DNA of 54,562 nucleotides from Candidatus Omnitrophota bacterium (GTDB lineage Bacteria; Omnitrophota; Gorgyraeia; Gygaellales; Profunditerraquicolaceae): NCBI GenBank assembly GCA_023247825.1, contig JAHFFR010000004.1, positions 1 to 54,562 of the forward strand, read 5' to 3'. Shown piece by piece: positions 53,901 to 54,562 of this stretch (position 1 is its first letter; each line of letters starts with the position of its first letter). The notes under the pieces were generated by a model. It saw only the letters and a program-made list of their open reading frames with translations, ran no database searches and was not told where the DNA came from. The position numbers and the translations under genes were made by a program.

Positions 53901-54561
53901 TAAAATCGTTGGTTATTCTTTCAAGTAATTCTATATTGCTCCGTAATTTATTAATAACGTCCGGTTCTTTTCCTCCTATCTTGCCGGTTTTAATTGCATA
54001 TTTGGCAATCAATACAATATCGTTGTGTAATGCTTTATTTATCTCTTCAGCGGCTTCTTCCTTAAAGGTCAATTCTTTGTCTATTGCCTTCTTAATATAG
54101 AAAAATGCTTCGGCTAATTTATGCGGAATAAAGTTTACATCCCTACGGGCAATAATTAATCCGCCCACAGTAACACACTCATGAGATGTTGCATAATACG
54201 CGGCTCCTCCGACACAACGCTCTGTTACGGTTATCACGTCATTTTCATCTATTCTATTTACCAAGTCGCCTGCCTCTAATCTAAATTCATCGGTAATAAT
54301 TCTTTCTTTTATTTCTTTGGGCAGCCGCCTTTGAGACTCAAGCCCTTTCTTAAGCAAATAGCCCTGAGTGAGCAGGCCAGTTTCATCCATATAAACGGTG
54401 GTGGCGCCCCGCCATATATTGGTAGAAGGTATACCGTGAGCGACAAGGCCTAATATTTCCATAAGCGGAATTATCTTATTTTTCTCTGGATCATAGAAAT
54501 ATCCATTATTGATCCGGTAAAAATTAGATTTCTGTTCTTTCGATAATCCCTTTAGCCAGCC
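32962..54561 (-). CDS. Giant modular multi-enzyme protein, 5' end outside the window (>7,190 aa visible)
   Basis: The track ORF (7,166 aa from Met at 54462) stays open upstream to the window edge (...GWLKGLSKEQKSNFYRINNGYFYDPEKNKIIPL-M). Many recognisable domains are separated by DGG junctions. Confidence 0.93.
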   Translation of the reverse strand, partial: GWLKGLSKEQKSNFYRINNGYFYDPEKNKIIPLMEILGLVAHGIPSTNIWRGATTVYMDETGLLTQGYLLKKGLESQRRLPKEIKERIITDEFRLEAGDLVNRIDENDVITVTERCVGGAAYYATSHECVTVGGLIIARRDVNFIPHKLAEAFFYIKKAIDKELTFKEEAAEEINKALHNDIVLIAKYAIKTGKIGGKEPDVINKLRSNIELLERITNDFKKDFKIEPHKKIAPESFLTERINIFGSRKTFLAPDEAVVEKSIPPEDWEVIVLSKEDYGHVMEKSVKRANLQNSTIFSGQNKTFADIAIIVNEEQNDHSRFYVISNSQKEYSQEISYWLVLREQAIKAMRGLYKQKIVMEIDNYLAARDFNTPFIPEEITDVINEKRPESERIHVDGVLDLLIDKYNQGELDLVEIKKSDIGRVTGAFRKKQKGLIIRGKDRLSFETFCLGESIADRRKAQEEWLRKYLTALYKNEYSDKKGKSDGGTGNRVPITPVFKDVGQPSILKVKLLEALSRDYKVVAVDGDGTIYDDKEPTKEMIEALVDIVVKLGMHLAIITHGRQEYIEDRLVSKLREHPRLTPDSFKRIHVYHSGGASGYNVGTGEIYYEIKFPDDIRKQVAKFINWEWDAQENNPNVVCFKEEWRSYFEEEKYLYPLDVRGICTSRFTEYKINFTDFKDNKLIPKYQETLTEFVEQHNLGLNATASSIAVELTLIGVDKSIPLSNLAKRLKIKIRDMGKFGDRGDAKGNDYEFLKEEGSFSVDKCDSNNPKQICVPMIIGLRGPEATLWLLKQLIRQNSKFKKNYDSTDGGRTGKAESFLISFSILGIFDRFFRKRRKEEKSADRVIDFDSLTRIIVPEGKIEEEKSIPEEPIFADEQEIMKWWYTSVEEARKEAEKTGRKMLIYFGKDINECSACKIMVQEVFSDTKLQEFFKDNFVCVKIKDYEDMPTWYLYHVNATPTFIFIDSTGKEIYPRVIGARALWEIQNILVKVISGVDVPKIESFIDSILSEQARKIITAVTKQDSSLITETAMKKLAIEEKEGLLKKIIKYLWMYQADYKKVQAFQNNILEQIKGKDVKRWVRYAKWQDLVYSATRHLLWLFNDKGVQKWLDWREEFKNRIGIIVKKDNSGYPEDKPMILVDALEALTKCEVAYKTRQNINDQKIEELKKKENKAREIIGNINSPENLNKLVEALREYDAPNVSSIKTSDFEGAKIGYDKYRILKEIYGLEALTPTIVVSNKKWYGSGLQGKLGLPTSILGITIHPGILPAPFNNVSISILSEDAGVTVHEDLHRAYFLYKYLIGGFHPEKTKTRLKPSGKLVISMLTAEEGIIYEIFAFRDDVRNGTWVWNEVIEKFEKFYLPIYAQKKWIDYSEIPGLLKKTKEVVDIIKRLQTTNVSEYEISMLLIEKSTLDDVVKAGEQKLGVSGLFDGGADDLLEKLPGEVKNKYFKYIIRILLKNKEGKPEEEIYRQLNDWESDGKLEENYSRLLEAYPDYKAAIEKVKAIERFLTIDNLLKKALAGDVDAQKDITSFPMLDSALLGDPAPNNFEQLLFYTINRGHQLVKTIFGFGAKKIKYSEEEMKELEIIMDCLLPAVLRLGEEMIKNKETIPEIITRYKLGSDVGYDIFSLHYITEIARLKALGGILLTMGLISKKDIPKQLFEELSRQGRDGGEQKDGIIMLKRRKFMEEITKYLGLGVLASSIGIAGAIKAAAALSNEGLDYKALEIIEDYINKERAAGQEIPPNFPLDECVKTISFTLKYSKHPLIVLYAEIREKSGGFKSLISRDDVNKPIQTPDKTFDNLTQKAPGSATPEELLVFLSCLYLPWVDSEIVGLDTNNDGKPERFILLLKTKNGEVPLDPEAGSAIPPTGSKLLYSQKYKWYQMIGKTPQELGITRAAPLKTPEIEVTVTPQATPAPTRNKEEFFGERDIVTEIALWSAVAVYIICQLLKLRNTKENNQDKSEFLPAEKIKEDFERVTGKAPPKEKDGGISARYGKSTRLIMRLKNTLSILSYFRDIVEEDESDRNMGINLMFHNKLYIYTITNLIGLSLKDMRKYQIYQLLAGFLIYIIELGDDILDEFGDRFTLQELEERFQKAVRNGAAVTLPEKEEFAKRGVDNAALSKLKANKYIFSGGNRIELLNEFIGSIDGIVKTIPLLEDQKAIIRNAFINAINIAFESYLLERKYGPDATVEQTLEVLKRNSYGIAGTLAEIQNVFSKQSSQEIKRRSEFVRNGAMLFGFFDQFIDIKQDFGKQPNLILAIARQIYPEEFKKLEVVIKEEKTPGGLMRNREIAKAIPNTLKEWNKYLVRYRIKMKANAPIFYWIINLFIGFYYLKWQFSPRGEILRNWLGISKISDLMNLKGINSKDGGIEGIAESKRGENYNRKEREVRIRKDAKNLLILMKEQQSPFIRYFEIIVQVFKQIFKRIRYHEFNAMVVLFGLASGLSNEKDFLKLGMYWGKLRSGIMLLSEESLIETKIFNKKDQKWIFLTDKAKTAFTKLKPSSLSVIEEVDILNNFFAESGYPYIRIEIEGNEDYERTTKYLFRHLNRILKQKKNNLPKKKGEAGRNSSRPSHYFGLIKIFLSNDSSDADKEKAIGELNNKAKLDPAEMRAKLKALEEHWLVKEDIHNFKNTVPGKEFYENLAELNGQMDGGREEQKKEKMAELNERIVKTNSLILTKDRLRKSYVLPHGVLPSNLKISDNSMCLVIDKIGNIVFRDILINKIRLTIQLHNEDIIVHFVYGNILLYIEGFYRKGKYTALNGNLDLIHINVKEAVEIHNDYMLQKDLLGMLRVAHAGNRAGGGLDLETVSDLNGTVEQEDSKDGGIEGAAATKFNTDQKIHEEIVLRLSQLLQRLGYPLDEIEPILFEIIQLNLLSEINKLKSREFQGRAPPVEDTEALKEFIKRLIYLVRLRCYLKPNERHPIFRLLINGLTFKNEDIFKLIKEADIPRGRKEEAENYLSLCSVISQLGYILLVGLFLYKAKAAFAPRHAFIVIPLSKENSLLFVDFDLNIIQEVDKQKYYESKGAYLVLKNEYRDKRERLSRILSKYYAYIQVADISYDHGLTPAIRMPLALTYYYLGKYNEALVECDKTIRFNPYYAEAYHIRSSIYFKAGKYDKALAECNEALKLNPDYPDAYYTLGSIYYELGNYTFAETAYKKAIELKSDYIEAYDALCNLYEKLGESDKAREFEIIAINLRIYGAGGSFDGGIGVRSMINEEIQNIRQLTEYARNELINKDYVYTALAQGEFNLDKIKRVLIRFMTRGEKYQVYSLDIYNEGSTEAKSFILNILLFNDDRREFSYDFIRHYQIARQLYSEFPNNIPKQYGYCGPVNIEERIVGAAFTSFPSQSQVELFAELAAKIWKTTESAGAGWAYKYIFYNVMQKENGNIVITDFDNISPSKTIEELSPYEFILEYHLIIDMHPDTFFKGLCKGMLLSESSADYLKEFLEEASRDYDRNESPYISQIQTVLGTIEEWANPDKQVVVDTVPKDIINIFWCRGRIHEHLKGLDIHQGDVFLDVGSGAGLNVMQAAFLGEAKAIGLEVNKKTIQFSNSLARIILLALNDFDMAEKVTEVVRGFGRTSEIRKLTEKLKFLPQFSTLEKKAIVKRLLKLFSSINLYIEFYLPLKEIEPDLDNITKEVNMPENLNFINGNAMKMSSINSNSIDKVLCGEMLHWIKNVEGRNRVFEEILRVIKEGGLIKAFAPVDTESDIEKLLFKAAKKNSVILEKLPERFEFCGRSINIYRVANKTNKSLDGGGALPILKDGAGYYLSKRGLKYIITNFEDEVKDNNAAEENILKQIKRIIRSVGWANRFYIDTKIDLLIKSHIRKLVKTSTGKIIGFLVMRPKSYILFIVVKRKYQSRGIGSRLFHEAVFEAGKRGLNTVSLHHPVEQEGYYNKFAEEFRIIKTGVESNFYPNGDSARYIVYDISGSPILINRNDGGEGDRQEGRQPSWKEWESAAALVKEFKDDLLKGEITLLIFRTVELMVSAESRDAIIRKIHEYKNNLEYSKYMPTIGCEVEIWQNYIYKVNFDLERATKLRDLLGIIPKQNDELIEYAFGPTKRVSDLKEIIKYSIAYGLIPEGGFSLHISLGLPIHLLKIKGYAGQEFQEGQNLTRYMGKRIQNELLKLAYALTILYVPDIRLEKYHGFIIMHSIVKTNGILVWRIELRNPAIVNKNRDKEKEGTFIDPQLVHEEIMELIWILGATFHAWRLKDLFKSDEFETKLAGIWEKCSDKLDGIYRASKLVTIIKDSTMYYDNSMEIKALRRVNKNLAASVYTIIHEAKAETEQLLSPGHPINSANDNKMHPVPAGIVENESRGFSTKSDGGGIIDLTSMDRKDLKEAIRAFIRQRRAYLKSIEGLTSLREIEEMEERIYKEYEESGECAYLLNIKSVFGEKRNEISNKAKQELLKLENLDMQLLLNRTDRDRELKRYLLTILAVLQCEFSLWDKIEYKKLARKIILSAHFDEGSFQINAAFMVGAQLIQQLIQILAGKTPLALFGIFAHEFAHNKETRNVVITFGGSQQAIMEMVGECGMNALLELIGRNEIIREMQVISRYKEIAEFKEGNLEISKPHTTARAQLQWFIQVLEEANLPIIWSVFFRLAENIMSPKDIYVTKFNNIIRELFSEYGRVVIKGEEIINEVGVFDKFPSEETGDRMVSKDELRQILKNIRLSKDNVKGGVDNKEVEEIPNAKGSFILTDGGAARKENINLKRIRIVREFIRKYSGTPENILGLVIFGSVARAEAIEKSDLDCIVIKQKGDTFFGLDEEDTEFYCKFRRNFNFYIHLIPDALILNSSLNTKLYESIDSFIIEYFMSPSLRRQNLPICYPGKGIVTDWLVVARNDELEQELSNLIKERISNVKSDFAKDPEGSRKKFESVYFRHLLHKAAETGKVLKFYPENTIKMMNNLENKQPNGNKGGFVLGDGETRDEDISIYSSHRIIAVHFDQLKEYQSQEMVGRKEIENTVDILKKFKHRLEIGDTGVLEGERIISGAMGWITKSEFNEHLDFFSGRNYIILGYHVYVCMEQAVRSIVINKNLKGGPLIFHILLSMSGPKLEINEIIPNYRYDFDNGVNYDYGDDKFKPATIKNYILNFDGNKRLEKIDSDPKEALIIVNFWSTFDNFLNSFDVQDKIADGGARIIEVNGSMEDNDRIIINCKLLIERGINPDKLTDDANLDLLLIRPGVLIEIVNRITSVEESRKLLDIRAGNEKLKDEATKSIKFDLNLTGTYAYPTADGEEQIEIKDTFNQIKNGAFEKIKDISRDYTDIVRTVGEIKRLFRYKDRAHPIYLMSGIKKVAEESKSFEEFELRIKLSDKLIEKNMGLLYGLSEYRYSNYYGGSPIDRLCDTTTKFKIIIALGFRLADIGINPDFIIRDVLLKIAEICEKFEDFAAAVKYIENFAIRNKDKGTDWISDAFVRILPTFSGREPLLVTINEFNEYSGYIEELINKLDKDGMDKERVFSLIDRLKEVGRHKFKMSIKFILELANKGKLKETLMRFGSNYWESVNSKIRDSRIEKAITESWRKGRINTVYYPAAGDDIKTVLKINANKYVMVDISGDGKEIYENILKYLEEKHKDEIEILSKIFNSKKHYFALDLKDKRVDPHKLRKIEYYYNRDAVDGFPEKVDLVVYKGFSPFSDYVSLDWKVRFLESIPVGCYIEGGEELHFPQFFGLSQFRGHPGYYLKEDSYSKEQLERAFRIEVFLNHDTFAILFFGENWEKDFNECLKVVEKREGELLVNAIIRKWNLHPGPDGKVLVRELVEKRNNNNMYGDDAKALWMAGKTKKNDGGEENLYKVVDLVKKYLKNRISAYDVWKEERAEEKYWINFMSDLAKRQGFKKTVITKESFKRNDVTLKEEVRNGIIKTLPILELGIDFISHYQPLSVVWREFFEKYIIEVIFHEGGHLKPEVFYVEGDAGSLFKKERNEVKTIFGIKGYTRFVSADKIFNNEFKLRREETALKKQAREGTLSEDGKKKLATLEFNRLTMAHAYGDSRVQATKANTYALFSLYKTKEEIVEAIARKFWIEYVFLNFSKQGFKDEAWMKGVIKLHLKDMLEFAYPMFKGSTLCEDISNKVLVIDDEYKKRKREYYEAKSSLASQLADTGRETGPPGRLFKILKSLLKKIKSIPFSLNTIQISAKVVILLCLILSVSAAAIFLSIAPITWIAIAILALAGINNAGSFKWSPPVKTHWSWYPAFILFSTYYSELTSSWITGISFVVALYGMVMLHEMAHIYTAHKEGINAESITLFILGGIAQIKNNRFSEPAAEKKISLAGPAMSLKLGILFIIFGFILSDVLLTALGLINFILVIFNLVPAFPMDGGRYLRAYLCQKKGYRDATLEAGKLGIAIGFIFMLAGAVMYLQEIFLLSPVSLSTVFILGLFKAYSLFLIGLFVIFSALNEMMSILIVDIEASFPVSSLPEGDTNTKEDLNQHDGGALNNHVRISPEALEVYLSKLGPSSLDWKIIESFTSINVLAYRHRGFFISRVEEELLRMGLEEDEVIVKTHKIIDYLIGLKVLSCNNRGYCKIDEVFLEKIRKIKNKSQASTDQQDGGVLNGEESSIQVTEIAYFRHLITSLFYEKHPYVHLHLLVFLLRLNPKNKDLEEWIDFCIKDIMHSLKDFYECNDDYRQFLGNNTNEFLSLLAEIIPHLPQEIKRNIFCLLADVSKAIELDEYPAIIEAISSVTATLAQDFDKINNIKDAVEVSFVTKDSSMHRMIAQGILYEHSQYEDSEKRLNFLSSELQTEADPHVRAVLVKTITDNFSLIGHEKLEKKLFDTLIELSNRENRYIRFKADSIIIDFIVKDTKLFAKIKELNENFCSFYYAEIKPYFEKINNLSEDNNKINLSLYLQDSLPLFLNTYTYFLDEPKAILKLIEPILEKRGFLGLYRFLKDAQRLESRAKIIQLKDVYINEKPLLPVNLPQEARVSFWLGRSLIVPLSYGLVQVFKFERKGDAEDALYSELGFIDKLRSDLSLPIKKGAKIFKIEGKIVLVYIVESDYFDYVDNTYPWLSKEKRMERLSRMTEKVFNDIYRLFKKELASENLLYLFHCIERSESGKLDLRYTCDEGDGVGEVDNPRVAIRYANLAVSGIRDLEHIKKLTNYLILQNLFEWIFAMAYSGLTNDLNDKEIAGIILETLKNHNLEINEPGLGGFIRQLRIDLKDPHDVFYLQKTLIISELEELTTSIWRKLNN
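32965..33850 (-). other. SidJ-like pseudokinase domain (C-terminal), preceded by HEAT-like repeats
   Basis: LGRSLIV...FKFERKG..E..LYSEL, DYFDY, LLYLFH, G.GEV, YANLAVSGIRDLEH resemble SidJ-related pseudokinases as recalled from memory; not verified by search. Confidence 0.55.
35300..36130 (-). other. Site-2 (M50) intramembrane metalloprotease domain
   Basis: HEMAH (35842-35856), GG.A, AGP, NLVPAFPMDGG and multiple TM helices. Confidence 0.92.
39780..40430 (-). other. Pol-beta-like minimal nucleotidyltransferase domain
   Basis: IFGSVARAEAIEKSDLDCIVI (GS...DxD). Confidence 0.8.
41600..42700 (-). other. Amidoligase / glutamate-cysteine-ligase-like domain
   Basis: IGCEVEI, IEYAFGP, SLHISLG and RIELRNP in the expected order. 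Confidence 0.55.
42740..43260 (-). other. GNAT acetyltransferase domain
   Basis: GKIIGFL...IVVKRKYQSRGIGSRL (acetyl-CoA motif A) and YYNKF. Confidence 0.85.
43300..44100 (-). other. Class I SAM-dependent methyltransferase domain
   Basis: FLDVGSGAG, GLEV, GNAM, IDKV, LHWI, RVIKEGG. Confidence 0.85.
44150..44900 (-). other. Degenerate kinase/APH-like domain
   Basis: IPKQYG and NVMQKENGNIVITDFD resemble the catalytic-loop and DFG region, but no clear HxD is present. Confidence 0.4.
44940..46070 (-). other. Transglutaminase-like Cys-His-Asp segment followed by TPR repeats
   Basis: LCSVISQLGYILL...HAFIV...FVD, then about four canonical TPRs (YAEAYHIRSSIYFKAGKYDKALAECNEALKLNPDYPDAY). Confidence 0.65.
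46070..47462. repeat. Perfect 25-bp direct repeat CCTTCAATCCCCCCGTCTTTGCTGT at two DGG junctions (46070-46094 and 47438-47462)
   Basis: Read directly; both copies encode SKDGGIEG. Confidence 0.9.
47460..48580 (-). other. Class I isoprenoid-synthase/terpene-synthase-like helical domain
   Basis: DDILD (48319-48333) and a second acidic motif DQFIDIKQD in an all-helical context. Confidence 0.55.
51600..51920 (-). other. Thioredoxin-like domain
   Basis: W.TSVEEARKEA...MLIYF...CSAC...ATPTFIFIDSTGKE. Confidence 0.85.
52140..53030 (-). other. HAD-superfamily (Cof/IIB-like) phosphatase domain
   Basis: VAVDGDGT (DxD), IITHG, VDKS, FGD.....GND. Confidence 0.82.
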
Positions 54562-54562
54562 A

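Noticed and set aside
821-54100. The many short plus-strand (and few nested minus-strand) ORFs in the track
   Set aside because: All overlap long minus-strand genes with clear protein motifs, lack SD sites and recognisable domains, and look like antisense shadow ORFs.

Overview
A 54.6 kb window in which every credible gene is on the minus strand. In transcription order (high to low coordinate): (1) the 3' part (>7,190 codons, open to the window edge) of a giant modular protein. It is a chain of enzyme-like domains (HAD, thioredoxin, several HExxH peptidase-like, isoprenoid-synthase-like, TPR, kinase-like, SAM methyltransferase, GNAT, amidoligase-like, nucleotidyltransferase, M50 protease, SidJ-like pseudokinase) separated by in-frame 'DGG' junctions usually encoded GAC-GGC-GGN. 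(2) A PilZ gene. (3) A ~22 kb cluster of four signal-peptide-bearing fusion proteins that together contain every enzyme of gluconeogenesis from pyruvate to glucose-6-phosphate: PEP synthase, enolase, circularly permuted iPGM, PGK, class II GAPDH, circularly permuted TIM, bifunctional FBP aldolase/phosphatase and cupin-type PGI. The four share a post-signal DxLRxx[A/S]A motif and three share a C-terminal domain. A standalone TIKI/ChaN-like exported protein sits among them. (4) A 2,260-aa exported protein with a divergent SecA-like ATPase motor. (5) A second PilZ paralog and a sugar ABC transporter operon. Two genes in the cluster have a near-identical promoter + LacI-type palindrome + alternative-hairpin attenuator leader. 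The gene style suggests Candidatus Omnitrophota (inference, not verified). All domain calls come from motif recognition by eye, not database searches; domain boundaries are approximate.
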